A DNA stretch of 64,000 nucleotides from an uncultured bacterium (GCA_963843795.1 CAWJLW010000006.1:1240001-1304000), one strand, 5' to 3'; numbered from the stretch's first letter, positions 31,719 through 44,127 are shown. The notes: generated from the sequence alone by a model not told the origin. Translations and numbers: made by a program.

Positions 31719-33719
31719 TCAGCGTTCGTTTTTCGGTGGTTCAATGAACTGTAAAACCGCGACAGCATACGGCGGCAGCGTGATAGTTTGGAAGGGGCTT
31801 TTCGGTAATTCGACGAAACGCACACCGGTTGTCGGATCGACCGGGTCTTGTAAAACGCGCATTCGCGCTTGGCGCAAAACGCTGAAACCGCGAATTGTTA
31901 ATTTAGTGGTTACTGCTTCGCTGCTCGTATTCACCAGCAGCGCGTTATGCGAAGTCGGTGTATTGACGGCGCTGATTTGCAAGCCGCGCGGCGCGCCGGT
32001 GAGTTTCACGCCCACACGCACGCTGCCCGGCGGCAAATAGGTGTTCCACATCCACATCGCGTAGTACGACGGAAAAGCGCTGAATCGGTCGTTCAACAGG
32101 CCCCAATCGGAATTGGAAGCGTCGTTATAAAAAATCTGATCCGCCAGACGCGAGCCGTTGCTCATTAATGAGGCCCACCACGCGCCCGCAATCGCGCCGG
32201 TTAAGCGCCGGTCGGAAGGTGTTAGATTATCGGCGTTGCGCGCCGTGTTCATGCTGACGCTGGTGAGATAAAGCGGCACCAGCTTCCATTTGGACGCATC
32301 TAAAGCCGCCGCCGCTGAACGCACGCTGGGCAACGTTAAAGTCGCGTTCAACAGCACTGTGTCATCGGGGGCGCCGCTGTTGGCACCATTGAAAGGAATC
32401 GAGAGGAACTCCAGGCCGGGCGCGCTTTTAAGCAGTGCATTGATCGTTCCGACGTTTGCCGTGTTGATGCCACCGACGCGCGCGGTTTTGACGACGCTTT
32501 TGATGGCGCGATAGCCGCGATTATAAAATGTGATGGCGGAGCTCGGATCGAGCGAGCCGGTCGTTAATTCAAAATAAATCACCGCTTTGGGATTGCGTAG
32601 CGCCTGCGCGGTTTGCGCGGCGAACGATGCGTAAGCGTTTTCTGTCAACCCCCACGCTGCTGGTGCGGGAACGGAGATCAGCGGCTCGGAGCCAATCGAA
32701 CGCACCTGCGAAACCGCTTCTTGCAAACGCGAAAAATCGAAAGCCGGACGCGATGAATCCAATAAGTCGACCATTGTGCCCGCGTCCAAGCGCACGAAGC
32801 GCGGATGCAGGGTTTTGATGGCTTTGCGGAAATCGCGTTCTTCGCGCAACGGTTGCGCGCTGCTGCCATCAGGGCCAGGATACTGCGCCCCGACCGTGAC
32901 GTTAGCCGCCGAGCGAATCGTGTTCTGCACTTTCAAGAAGTCGATTTCAATGCCAACGGTGCTTGAATCAACTGGCGTATCGACATTGATGAGCGGCGCG
33001 GTCGTCGCTTTAGGCGCGGTGGTGGGCGCGAGCGCAATGGGTACACCATTGCCGATAACCCGCAAATCGTCGAGAGTGAAAAAGCGCGAACTCCAGTTCC
33101 CGCGTTCGACGAACTGCAACAGATAAACACCGGCCAAATTTTTAATGGCCTGATTACCTGCGCTATCGCGAAAATCGGCGATGGGAATCGCGACCTGACG
33201 CCAGTTGCGCGTATCCAATTTGATGGTTTTGGGCTTCTTGGTGACCGGATCAATCGGCAACTCGTAAGTGATGTCACGCGTTGAGCCGTCGGGATTACGG
33301 CCGGTGCCGCGCAGCATGATTTCAATGCCGGGCGTTTCGCCATCAGCGTTAATCCAAAAATTAATGGTGCGTGCGCCGATTTTGGCCCACTCGCTGCCAG
33401 TGACTTTTAAACTCGCCGACGCCCACGATTTCTGGGCCGACTTGAAAGCGAATAAGGCCGCACCTTTGGAACCCGGCGCGCCGCCTCCAGTGGGCCGCGT
33501 TGCCTGCACGTCGACCAACAAAACCGTGCCGGAAGCGTTTTCCGATTTCAGCTTGTCGTTGCGTGTCCACGCCGCAACGCCGTCTTCGAAATCGTCCAGC
33601 ACCAGGGTTTTCGTTTGCGCCCGCGCGCTGGTTGCGCCCATAGTCGCGCTGAGGAAAACCGTCAATAAACCGAGTCCGGCACCGCGCCATGGACGACGCG
33701 AAAAAGCAAACATTTTCAT
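31719..33719 (-). CDS. Secreted protein: carbohydrate-binding (CBM11/CIA30-like) domain plus GH39-like domain
   Basis: Signal peptide, LVLDDFEDG, WRQVAIPIADF, FDFSRL and C-terminal ITLPPYAVAVL; catalytic NEP-like motif not evident. Confidence 0.55.
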   Translation of the reverse strand: MKMFAFSRRPWRGAGLGLLTVFLSATMGATSARAQTKTLVLDDFEDGVAAWTRNDKLKSENASGTVLLVDVQATRPTGGGAPGSKGAALFAFKSAQKSWASASLKVTGSEWAKIGARTINFWINADGETPGIEIMLRGTGRNPDGSTRDITYELPIDPVTKKPKTIKLDTRNWRQVAIPIADFRDSAGNQAIKNLAGVYLLQFVERGNWSSRFFTLDDLRVIGNGVPIALAPTTAPKATTAPLINVDTPVDSSTVGIEIDFLKVQNTIRSAANVTVGAQYPGPDGSSAQPLREERDFRKAIKTLHPRFVRLDAGTMVDLLDSSRPAFDFSRLQEAVSQVRSIGSEPLISVPAPAAWGLTENAYASFAAQTAQALRNPKAVIYFELTTGSLDPSSAITFYNRGYRAIKSVVKTARVGGINTANVGTINALLKSAPGLEFLSIPFNGANSGAPDDTVLLNATLTLPSVRSAAAALDASKWKLVPLYLTSVSMNTARNADNLTPSDRRLTGAIAGAWWASLMSNGSRLADQIFYNDASNSDWGLLNDRFSAFPSYYAMWMWNTYLPPGSVRVGVKLTGAPRGLQISAVNTPTSHNALLVNTSSEAVTTKLTIRGFSVLRQARMRVLQDPVDPTTGVRFVELPKSPFQTITLPPYAVAVLQFIEPPKNER

Positions 33720-33815
33720 AACAATTGATTGGCACACTACGTTTTGTGCCCGTTAAATTATAACGAAAGCGGTCAAAAAATGCCCAAAGCTGTGCGGAAC
33801 TATTAAAGTACTTAT

Positions 33816-34719
33816 ATGAACTCTTCTCCCGAAAACTCGCCGGAATCAAAAAGTTTGACCGAAAATGCCGATACCGTTTCGCCCGGCCAAAATCCGGCGC
33901 CTAAAAACGAAATTCAAGCCGTGCCGGGCAGCGCATTGGAAGCGCCTGCCGAACAAATGCAGCAAGCCGCGCGCAAGACCGACGATTTCGCTCTATTGAA
34001 TCCCAACGATCCGCAGTGGATACGCGAAAACTGGACACAAAGCGATACCTGGCGCGTGTTCCGCATTATGTCCGAGTTCGTGCAGGCTTTTGAAACCATG
34101 ACGCGCATCGGCCCCGCCGTAGCGGTTTTCGGCTCGGCGCGTTTGGATGAGGCCAGCCCATATTTCGAAGCCGCTGCCGAAAACTTCGCGTTTGCTGGTC
34201 GATGACAACTGGGCGGTTATCACCGGCGGAGGGCCGGGTTTGATGCAGGCCGCCAATCGCGGTGCCCATTTGCAGGCCGTCAAAAAGCGCGATGAAGCCG
34301 CGCAAAATGGCGCGCCTGTGGATGAAAGCTGGCGGCGACTGTCGGTCGGTTTAAATATCGAACTGCCGTTCGAGCAGGGCACCAATCCCTATGTCGATAC
34401 TTCGCTCGATTTCCACTACTTCTTTTGTCGCAAAACTATTTTTGTGAAATATGCTTCGGCTTTTGTAATTTTCCCCGGTGGTTTTGGCACTTTGGACGAA
34501 CTGTTTGAATCGCTCACGTTGGTGCAAACACACAAAATTCAAAACTTTCCGATTGTCTTGTTTGGCCGCGCGTATTGGGAAGGTTTGCTCGACTGGATTG
34601 AAAGCGTGATGGTGCCGCGCGGCACCATTTTGCCTGCCGATTTGAAGTTGATTCATCTCACCGACGACCCCGAAGAAGTTGTCAGTTATATCCGTCAACG
34701 CACCGACGCATTGAAATAA
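33816..34719 (+). CDS. LOG family (TIGR00730-like) protein, frameshifted at the A4 run 34180-34183
   Basis: [37 protein letters not shown] and [12 protein letters not shown] across two frames. Confidence 0.85.
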
Positions 34720-35018
34720 CACCGCATTCTGCTGTGTATCGGGCCGGAGTGTTGTGCGGGCGAAGCCGGACTGGAGACTTGGGAATTTCTCAAAAGCGCT
34801 TGAAAGAGCTGGGGCCGAATTTTGGCGTGTATCGTTCCAAAGTCGGCTGTCTGCGCATTTGCTCGCGTGGGCCCATTGCACTGGTCTATCCCGATGACGT
34901 CTGGTACCATAGCGTTTCGCCAGAAGTGTGCGAGCGCATCGTGGACGAACATTTGATCGGCGGCGCAGTGGTAAGCAAATACGCGTTTGCGCTGAATCCG
35001 TTGAACGAAGCAACATAA
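34720..35018 (+). CDS. Thioredoxin-like [2Fe-2S] ferredoxin, frameshifted at the A4 run 34792-34795; start unclear
   Basis: [17 protein letters not shown] joins [33 protein letters not shown]. Confidence 0.75.
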
Positions 35019-35059
35019 AACCAAAGGCCACTGCAAGTACTTGCAGTGGCCTTTGGTTT
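35018..35059. terminator. 42-bp perfect palindrome centred on TGCAAGTACTTGCA between convergent genes
   Basis: AAACCAAAGGCCAC-core-GTGGCCTTTGGTTT. Confidence 0.75.
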
Positions 35060-35083
35060 GAAGCGAAGTGTGACAAATTCCAT

Positions 35084-37772
35084 TTAACGCCAGAACTTGC
35101 CGTCGAGCTTCAGATCGCTGATCCAGAACTCGCCCGGTCGCTTGCCATCGGACATGAATTGCCAGCCGCGAATCTGATTGAAATCTTTGTCTTGAAACGG
35201 TAGGTCGGTAAAAACTTGTTTTTTGCCATCGGGTGTTTTCACTTCGACGCGATAAGTGCCATCAGCTCCCGCGCCCGTAGGCGCGATGACATTGACGCGC
35301 AGCCATTGTTGCAAGGGAAAGCGCCCCAGTTCACGCGTACCTGCGCTCAGCACACCTCCATCGAAAACAATGTTGGCGCCGACCTGACCATTGGTGCCGC
35401 CCCACAGATGGCGAAACACTGAACCTTCGCCTAACTTCACCGCGAATTGGCTATCGGCCACGCCTTTGGCCAAACGCGTATCGTAGCTCAAGGCGGGCCA
35501 ATCGGCCCACTCCGCAGTGCCATTTTCTGTGAAGTGTAGGCTGCGTTTCGATTGGGTTTCCGGTGTTTCCACGACGCGAATATCGGTGACTTCTGGCGTC
35601 TCGGTGGCGAGGCGCATATTCATCTTACGCGGGCCAATCGGACGTGCGCCGATGGTTTGGTTGGGCCAATCGAAGGTCAGTGCGCCGCGTGGCTTCACGG
35701 GTGGAAATGTCGCGTTGGGCGGCAATTTTTTACGATCTAACACTTTGGACTCGACGCGCGGGCCAGCGGCGACTTCAAACGGCTCGAAGCCCACTTTGCG
35801 GGCCGGTGAATTGGAACGCACCCGAAAATCGTCGCGAGCCGCGTTGACAAACAACGGATCGGCGACGAGCGAACCCGCATCGTGGCCGGAATCTTTTTGC
35901 CACTCCGCCAGAGTTTTACTGCCGGGAAAGCGCAGGTTTTGGCCAAAGCGCGTGTTCCAGTACAGATTATTTTTCAGCACGAAGTTGTCGCCCGTCCAAT
36001 CCGCGCCGAGCAGAACGGTGTCATCTTGCCAGAAGATGATGTTGCGCTGAATCATGAACGACAATTCATCTTTGAGCACGGGTGCGGCCTCGTCGTTGTT
36101 GTCGCTGCGTGTGCGCATCATCAGCGCGTCGCCACCCACGGCAAAAACGTTGTTTTCGACTTTGTTGCGTACCCCGAAATGCTGGTCGAAGGGCGAAGTG
36201 TTGCAGCGATAAACCACGTTGTGATGAATTGACACGTCGCTCGAACCTTCGTCGGTGTAAATGCCCCATCCGCCGTAATCGAAGGCATCGACATCGTGAA
36301 TCACGTTGTAGGACAGCTCGTTGCCCGTACCGATTCCCAGATGATAAATGCCGCCCATATCCGACATTACGCCCTGACCGATTTTGTGAATGCGGTTGTG
36401 GCTGAGCGTGTTGTGGTGCGTGTTGTTGGGCGCGTAGCCCCACGTCCAGCCGCACGAAATTCCCGAATAATACCAGTCGTAAATATCGTTCCACTCGATC
36501 TTGTTGTGCGGGCTCTGGCCGACCCACACGCCAACAGCCGAAGGATGTACGCGCCCGCCTTGAGCGATGAGACAATCGCGCACTACGTTGTGGGCCGTGA
36601 TCTGGCTTTCGTCGGCCTGATAAGTTTCGGTTCCGATGCGCACGCCGCCCGCGCCCAAGTCGCGCAGCACAGATTTTTCGATGCGGCAGTAGCGCGCACC
36701 ATCGCCCAGCGCGATGCCCGCTGTCCCGACGTTTTGCACGCGACAATTCTCAAAAGCCACACGTAGTGATTTTGTGACCTGAATCGCGGCGGGAATCTGA
36801 ATTTCGGCCTGGCGCTCGGAGTAGCCGGTTGGCGCCAACTCCCACGCGCTGTGCGAGAATTGCAGCCCGCGCAACCACATCGCGCACATTATTCATCTGC
36901 AACAGCGAATTTAAACGTGGTGCGACCACGCGGCTACGATTGGGATTTTCGCCCGGACGCGACAAATAAGTCAGCACGCCGGTCGGTCGGTCGAGATACC
37001 ACTGGCCCGGCTGCGACAAGTTTTCCTTGACATTCTCGATCAGATAACGCTGTCCTAAAGCCAGCGGTTTGACCACGAAGCGCCGCGCGTGCGGCCCGTG
37101 AAAGTGATGTTGCGCTGCGTGTTGTCGATGTCCTGGATGTGCTGGCGCGTCATCGTCCAGATTTGAAAGCCCAACACTTCGAGTTCGCCACGATTGGCCC
37201 AGTCGGCGCGCACATCACCCGCGCGAAAGCCAATGCGGTCGAAGCCCTTGTCTTTGGCTTTGGGCGAGGCCTCAACTTCGCGCTCGATGTGGAAGTAGCC
37301 GCTTTGCGGCGCGCGCGGACGCATCCGCCGCTCATCGTCGAAATACAACTGCTGAAAATTGCGTTCGCCTTTGGCCACTTGAGGCAGTGTGACTTCCCAT
37401 CGCCCGGGCGCGCGCTCTTTCCAGTCGGTCAAACGTTCGCCGCCCGAAATGATCGGCAGTTCGTTCTTTTCGGCTTCAATTACCAACGGCGTCGCGCTCG
37501 TCCAATCGTCGAAGCGCAGCGGCTCGGCAAGTTCATAAACGCCACCGCGCACGCGAATCGTGCAGCCCGCGGGCGATTGAACAGCCCGTTGTTTCATCCA
37601 GTTCCAGGCGAATTGTAGCGTGGCAAATGGACGCGCTTTGTGCCCGCGTTGCTGTCTTTGCCGGTCGGTGAAACATAGCAGACGAGCGGCTGGTTTTTGG
37701 ATGCTGATTGTGCCTGAGCGGTCGTGTTCAGAAGCAGAAACGCAAGGCGAAATAACTGAGAAGGTGTTTCAT
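35084..37772 (-). pseudogene. Secreted right-handed beta-helix (pectin-lyase-fold) protein with four apparent frameshifts
   Basis: Fragments MKHLLSYF, YVSPTGKDSNAGT, PFATL..IRVRGGVY..PIISGG, RYLIEN..PGQWYLD and SDMGGIY..GWGIYTDEGS; breaks near 37745, 37637, 37070 and 36877; possibly assembly errors. Confidence 0.7.
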
Positions 37773-37987
37773 GGAAAAGTTAAAGGCTGCAAGTACTTGC
37801 AGCGAGGAATTGGGTCATTGATACGACAACGCATGCCCTGCAAGTACTTGCAGGGCATGCGAAGCGCTAAAGTGTGTTGAACAAGCTTTTACCTAATCTT
37901 GTTCGATGAAACTTGCGCGAGTTTGGCTCGCAATATCCAGCGCAAATTTAAAGCACATCTGATGCTTTGCAAGGAAGCCAAGCCATA

Positions 37988-39826
37988 TTATTTCGACAAA
38001 ATGCCCAACTGCACGCCGGGCACTTCGCCTTTGGGATAAGCGTTCATTTTCAAGCGCGGGCGAATTGGAGGGCACACGGAAATCGCGCGCCAAATAATCG
38101 CCGAACACCAATGGCGCGATAACGCCGCCTTTTTCAAGACCCAGTTCGCTGCGCAAACGCCCCAAATCGTTATAGGCTTTGTTGCGCTTCCATTCCGCTC
38201 CCCAATGGAAAACATCTTGATTGGGCGCTACCGCATAAACGTTGTTGCTAATCGAGAAATTGAGCTTTTCCAGAGACAGGCCAACCGGCTGCCCCGTGTT
38301 ATCTTTGGCGCCATAGGGAGCAGCATTATCAACGGCGGAACGGGTATTGTCCACCTTGTTTTCCTGCATCGCTACGGGCCACATCCGTTCGTCGTTCACA
38401 TCGAACCAGCCCCAGAGTTGCGCATCGCGATTATAGGCCATTACGTTGTTGCGGATGGTGTTGTTACGATTCCAGATCGCAATTTCTTTTGCGCCCTTCT
38501 TGAAATCTAAACGCCAGGTCGTGCGCGCTTGCTCGCGGAACTGAAAGCCTTCTTTGTTGCCAATCATCAGATTGCGCTCGATGACGCTATCTTCGCTTGA
38601 TGAAAAGTTATCGCGCCGTTCATCGCCCACGAACCGGGTGTTCCCGCCAAGCCATTACCGACGATGACATTATCGTGAGCTTTCAGGCCATAGGAAATCT
38701 CGTAAAAGATGCCCGAATCTTCGTTGTCGGCGATGAGGCAATTGCGCACAATGTTGTTTTCGTTGCCTATGTCGAACCAGATGCCGATGCCGCGATTACC
38801 GATAAAGCGCGATTTTTCGATGATAATATTGCGACACAACACGATTTTATCGCCTCCCGCCTCCCAGCCACGGGGGAAATTCTTAGTATTGTTGTCGCGT
38901 GTCAAATTGCCGGTGAATAGCAGGCTGTGCGCACCATTGGCCGTCCAGCCCATCTGACCGTTTTCCTCAAAGCTACAACGTCGCACAATCTGATTGGGCG
39001 CCGCAAACGAAGCGCCGACACCGTTAGTGCGCTCGAAAACGCAATCTTCGATGACATCGCCTCGCCCTTTGAACTGTGCCGCGCCTTCTTGAGCGCGGTT
39101 GGCCGCATAGCGAAAACGGATGCCGCGCGTATGGACGTAATCGCCCGTTACTTCCCACAACACCGAACGCGTCGAAGCTTCGATGCGTGGCCCTTCGCCG
39201 ACATTTTTACTGGGTGCAACACTCTTGGTCGTCCAAACATAAAGTCGTTTATTTTCGGTGTCGGCGAAGAACGAACCACGCACCAATTGGTCGCGCGACA
39301 AAACCTGAAACATCGGGTAGCCGTCGCAGAGCACTTGTTCATTGCGCCCAATCAAGCGGAACGGTTCTTCGCCAGGATGACTACCGTTTTCGGAAAACAA
39401 ATTGAAGCGATAGGGCCACGGCGTCGAGTGAATCGCCGAACCTTGCGGGCCGGTTTCGGGCGTCCATTCCAACAAACGGTCGGTGGCGGTCACCATCACG
39501 TTGGCGGCAGTCGCGGCTTCAAAGCGAATTGGTTTATCAGCCGTACCGCTGTTTTTAATCTGCACGCTTTCGCGGTAGACGCCATTGGAAATCAAAACAG
39601 TGTCGCCCGGTTGAGCAACGGCAGCGGCAGCGGAAATCGTGCGGAACTGCATATTGGGCGCGATGGTATCAATCGCTTTGGGCGAAACGTGAAGCGTGCG
39701 CCCAGTCGTGGCTTTGCTCGCTTTCGGCGGTGCGGCGTTTGGTGCATTTTGCGCCTGACAAACCGAGAAGCCGTTGGCGGCAAGCAAAAGAGCGGGAATA
39801 AGAGGAGTGATGAAAATGAAATTCAT
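37988..39826 (-). pseudogene. Secreted right-handed beta-helix protein (DUF1565-like start) with two apparent frameshifts
   Basis: FRTISAAAAVAQPGDTVLISNGVYRE, GWEAGGDK, GIWFDIGN and GIFYEISY; breaks near 38605 and 38052. Confidence 0.7.
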
Positions 39827-39886
39827 AGAAATATTTGAGGCAAGCATCTTGTGTAATGAGCGATCTAGAACCGCCTTGCGTCATTA

Positions 39887-40717
39887 TCAATGATCTTTGG
39901 CGAAAACCGACCACATTCCACAGGGCGCGTCTGGTTTTGGGTCTCCCCACCAGGCACATGGCTTGGTGCCAATGGTGCGCAGAGGAGCAATCGCTTTGAC
40001 GTGGCCATCAGCGAAGAGATAATTGAAGGTGCCAAGATGATAGGCATCGCTGACGCCGTTAGCTGGATTAATTTGAGGCCCCCAGTTGCATCCGTTGATC
40101 GCACCACAGGCAACAGAAGCCGTCTCACTGCCGTTGGCCGCGCCAAAGACGTTGGCATCGACGACGCGCTCGGTCAGCATGAGCGTGCCCGAAGGATCCT
40201 CCAGAGACGCCAGTGGACGTCCTGGAGAATAGCTCTTCCCGTTGGGGTCTATCGTTCTGCGCATGCTGAAGAAAAGGTCATCGTTAGCGCCTGGGTAGTA
40301 AGGCATCGAATAGGAGCGCGGCGCGATATCGCCCGCACCGTAGCGAGTGATGGAATCGGAAGGACACTTCATGATGCTGCTGTTCTGATTGCGTACCGAA
40401 GTCGCGTTTTGGATTTTTCCAACGCCCAGATAAGGTTGTATAAACGCATCAAAAGAGAGAGCCTGGGCGGTCGAGTAGCGCATCGGATAAGTTTCATCGT
40501 AATCCTGGGAGTACTGTATAAACGCTAGTCCGATTTGCTTCAGATTCGATTGGCAGCTGGTGCGCCGTGCGTTTTCGCGTGCCCGTGCGAAAACCGGGAA
40601 CAATATTGCTGCCAAAATGGCAATAATCGCTATCACCACTAAAAGCTCGATGAGAGTAAAAGCTGCGCGTGAGGAGCGGACCGAGTGTCGGGTGAGGGGT
40701 GACATTGAAATTTTCAT
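39887..40717 (-). CDS. DUF1559-type prepilin N-terminal cleavage/methylation protein with H-X9-DG motif
   Basis: [66 protein letters not shown]. Confidence 0.92.
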   Translation of the reverse strand: MKISMSPLTRHSVRSSRAAFTLIELLVVIAIIAILAAILFPVFARARENARRTSCQSNLKQIGLAFIQYSQDYDETYPMRYSTAQALSFDAFIQPYLGVGKIQNATSVRNQNSSIMKCPSDSITRYGAGDIAPRSYSMPYYPGANDDLFFSMRRTIDPNGKSYSPGRPLASLEDPSGTLMLTERVVDANVFGAANGSETASVACGAINGCNWGPQINPANGVSDAYHLGTFNYLFADGHVKAIAPLRTIGTKPCAWWGDPKPDAPCGMWSVFAKDH

Positions 40718-40797
40718 CTGCGTTTTGTCCTTTGGGTCAAGACCCTGAATAAAAATGATGTCCAAGTACAAGGGAAATTTCGGGGAAACGCGGGGTT

Positions 40798-41865
40798 TCA
40801 AGCTTGAGCGTCGGGAATAGAGGCGAGCGGGCGGGCACTAAGGCCCGGATGCCATCTGAAAGGAATGGGACGTGGCGAAAATGAGCGGGTGGGATCGTCA
40901 ATTTTCTGCAACAACAATTCGGTCGCACAGCGCGCGATTTCTTGCTGGGGTTCGAGCATCATTGCCGCTTCTGTCATGCCGAAATTCTCGACTTGAGCGC
41001 CAAAGCTCACAATTGACAAATCATCGGGCACGCGCAATCCCAAACGTTCGACTGCGAAAGCTAAGGGAGTCATGTCCCAGATCGCGTAGCCCACGAAGGC
41101 AGTAGCACGTGGCTCCGCAAGCAAAAACTGCGCACAGGCCTCGACACGCTTTTCTGTGGGCAAGTGGCGACCACGAAATTCGCGGGGCAACAAGTTGGCT
41201 TCTTGCATCGCGCTTTCATAGCCGCGCCAGCGTTCGTCCACACTGTAATGGATGCCGGAGTGAAAGGCTACGTTGGCGAAATCGAAGAACACGATTTGTC
41301 GGTGTCCCATAGCAATTAAATGCTCCGTTGCTTGCTTCGATGCGCCGAAATCGTCGGGATAAACGCAATCTTCGGACTGCTGCGAATTGATCCATATCGC
41401 CGGAATACGATGTCGTGCAATCAGATCGACCATTTCTTGTGGATAATCGGCGATGTAGTCGATCAGTAGGCCATCGCACATATTTTCGCGCAGAATTTTT
41501 GGGAGCTTGGAAGCATCGGTCAAGGTGTCATCTGGCAAACGAAAAATGCTCAGTGTGGAATCGACTTCTTTCAAAGCGTCGTGCAAACCAAACAAAAGTT
41601 GGTGTGGCAAATAACTGTTGTAATCTTTGGGGGTCAGCAGCAGTCCCACATTGCCGAAACGTCCGGTGCGAATGGTGTGCGCCGAACCGTTACGACGGTA
41701 ACCTAATTGCTGCGCCGCTTCCACAATGCGCTGGCGCGCACTGGACGAAACGCCCGCGCTCGAACACGAACCATTCAAAACAACCGAAACACTGGACGTA
41801 TGCACGCCTGCCAACTGCGCGACATCCTTCATCGTCACTCCACGCGTCGTCACCGGCTTCGACAT
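40798..41865 (-). CDS. LacI-family transcriptional regulator
   Basis: [52 protein letters not shown]. Confidence 0.92.
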   Translation of the reverse strand: MSKPVTTRGVTMKDVAQLAGVHTSSVSVVLNGSCSSAGVSSSARQRIVEAAQQLGYRRNGSAHTIRTGRFGNVGLLLTPKDYNSYLPHQLLFGLHDALKEVDSTLSIFRLPDDTLTDASKLPKILRENMCDGLLIDYIADYPQEMVDLIARHRIPAIWINSQQSEDCVYPDDFGASKQATEHLIAMGHRQIVFFDFANVAFHSGIHYSVDERWRGYESAMQEANLLPREFRGRHLPTEKRVEACAQFLLAEPRATAFVGYAIWDMTPLAFAVERLGLRVPDDLSIVSFGAQVENFGMTEAAMMLEPQQEIARCATELLLQKIDDPTRSFSPRPIPFRWHPGLSARPLASIPDAQA

Positions 41866-42145
41866 TCTTGTCACCTCCACTCCTCTAAAATATCAAACGT
41901 ATAATAACTATAACCCATGCACCGAAAATTGTAACCTTTTGTGAAAAATAAAAAACGCTTACCTTTATTTATGGTGTGTGCGTGGAATCGAAAAGTGTAG
42001 AAACTCTGGTTGTGAGTCACTCTCAGCCACTCTTTTGGATAAGATATTGTTAAGTATGGGTTCGAAAGCCGCTCGCATTGTGTAGCGTTCCCATAAAATT
42101 GTCCCTGCCAGTCGTTGCAAGTACTTGCAACGCCATTTCTCTCTC

Positions 42146-42979
42146 ATGAAACCACGTTTACAACGTTTATTCGCTTCTGATGGCAATTGTTTCGACGTCG
42201 CGGTCGATCACGGATTTTTCAATCAAGCTTCTTTTCTCGGCGGGATTGAAAATATGCAATCCGCCGTAGCAACTTTAATTGAAGCCGCGCCGGATGCAAT
42301 TCAACTCACCATCGGCCAAGCACACTGGCTACAAAATGTGGCCTCGCCTCACAAGCCCGCACTCGTTTTACGAACTGACGTAGCCAATGTTTATGGGCGC
42401 GAATTACCAGAAACTTTGTTTTCTCTGCTCATCGAAGACGCCGTCGAGCAAGCCGTACGTTTCGACGCGGCGTGTGTGGTGGTGAATTTGTTTCAAATTC
42501 CCAATCAGCCCACTGTCACGCGCGAATGCATCACCAATATCAACCGTTTGAAGCCACTCTGCGAGCGTTTTGCTATGCCGCTAATGATCGAGCCATTAGT
42601 GTTCGCGCCCAACGCGCGCGATGGCGGTTACATGGTCGATGGCGATGTCGAGAAAATCGTGCCTCTGGTGCGTCAAGCCGTCGAATTGGGCGCCGATGTG
42701 GTGAAAGCTGATCCAACCGATGATGCTTCGCTTTATCATCGCGTGATTGAAACTGCGGGCCGCGTTCCGGTTTTGGTGCGCGGCGGCGGCAAAGCCGCAG
42801 AAAGCGAAATTTTAGCGCGCACGCATCAGCTTATGCAGCAGGGCGCGCGTGGCATTGTTTATGGGCGCAACATCATTCAACATCCGCAACCAGCGCGCAT
42901 GACGCGCGCTCTGATGAGCATTGTGCACGACGGCGCCAGCGTCGAAAGCGCGTTGCAAATTCTGCGAGGTGAAAATTGA
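42146..42979 (+). CDS. Class I aldolase (DhnA/LsrF-like)
   Basis: VAVDHG, ELGADVVKA, PVLVRGG and GIVYGRNIIQ. Confidence 0.88.
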   Translation: MKPRLQRLFASDGNCFDVAVDHGFFNQASFLGGIENMQSAVATLIEAAPDAIQLTIGQAHWLQNVASPHKPALVLRTDVANVYGRELPETLFSLLIEDAVEQAVRFDAACVVVNLFQIPNQPTVTRECITNINRLKPLCERFAMPLMIEPLVFAPNARDGGYMVDGDVEKIVPLVRQAVELGADVVKADPTDDASLYHRVIETAGRVPVLVRGGGKAAESEILARTHQLMQQGARGIVYGRNIIQHPQPARMTRALMSIVHDGASVESALQILRGEN

Positions 42980-44127
42980 TGGCTAAGAGAATGATTTCCT
43001 TTGGCGTAATCGGTTGCGGTTTGATGGGGCGCGAATTCGCTTCGGCTGCGGCGCGCTGGTGCCACCTACAAAACCTTGATTTTCAACCGCAAATTGTCGC
43101 CGCCTGTGATGCCAATCCGCAAATGACCGACTGGTTTGCGCAAAATGTCCCCAGCATTAAACGCACCACAACCGATTATCAAGAATTGTTAAACGACGAT
43201 TCGATTGAAGCGATTTACTGCGCGGTGCCGCATCATTTGCACAGCGAAATTTACGGTGACATCCTGCGCGCGGGCAAACATTTACTGGGCGAAAAACCGT
43301 TTGGCATTGACCAAGCCGCGAATCAAAAAATTAACGCGGCCATTCAGGAGCATCCGCAAGTACTTGCACGTTGCAGTTCGGAGTTTCCTTTTTATCCGGG
43401 CGCGTTTCGCTTGCAAAACTGGATCAAGGAAAATCGTTTCGGTCGCATCATCGAAGTCGAAGCCGGTTTCTGGCATAGCAGCGATCTCGACCCCAAAAAG
43501 CCCATTAATTGGAAGCGCCGCATTGCCACTAATGGCGAATATGGTTGCATGGGCGATTTGGGTTTGCACGTTTTGCACTTGCCGCTGCGCTACGGTTGGA
43601 AGCCGAAAAATGTGCGCGCCCTGTTATCGAAAATCGTTGCGCAACGACCGGACGGGCAGGGCCAGATGGCGAATTGTGAAACCTGGGACAACGCGATTTT
43701 AGCGTGTGAGGTGGAAACGGAATCGCAAAGGTTTCCGATGACGCTCTCAACCAAACGTATCGCGCCGGGTCATGCCAACACATGGTTTTTGCGCGTGTGG
43801 GGCACAGAATTTTCTGCGCAATTTTCCACACAAAACCCGAAACAAATTCAATTTATGCCTTATCAAGCGGGCGATGAACAAGCGTGGCGCACGCTGGATA
43901 TGCCATATCAATCGGCATATGAAACGATTACTGGTGGTATTTTCGAGTTCGGCTTTTCCGATTCGATTTTGCAAATGTGGGCCGCATTCTGCGATGAAAT
44001 TACACACGGCGATGATATGATCGGCGTGTTTCGATGCGCTTTGCCAAGCGAAGCCGCACTGTCGCACGAGATTTTTAGCGCCGCATTGCAATCGCAGCGC
44101 GAAGGCCAAACTGTGAAATTAACATGA
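42979..44127 (+). CDS. Gfo/Idh/MocA family oxidoreductase
   Basis: GVIGCGLMG, AVPHHLH, GKHLLGEKP and DLGLH. Confidence 0.9.
   Translation: MAKRMISFGVIGCGLMGREFASAAARWCHLQNLDFQPQIVAACDANPQMTDWFAQNVPSIKRTTTDYQELLNDDSIEAIYCAVPHHLHSEIYGDILRAGKHLLGEKPFGIDQAANQKINAAIQEHPQVLARCSSEFPFYPGAFRLQNWIKENRFGRIIEVEAGFWHSSDLDPKKPINWKRRIATNGEYGCMGDLGLHVLHLPLRYGWKPKNVRALLSKIVAQRPDGQGQMANCETWDNAILACEVETESQRFPMTLSTKRIAPGHANTWFLRVWGTEFSAQFSTQNPKQIQFMPYQAGDEQAWRTLDMPYQSAYETITGGIFEFGFSDSILQMWAAFCDEITHGDDMIGVFRCALPSEAALSHEIFSAALQSQREGQTVKLT

Noticed and set aside
33806..33813. AAGTACTT core upstream of the LOG gene
   Set aside because: Only 8 bp without the GC flanks; compatible with chance, so not counted as a motif copy.
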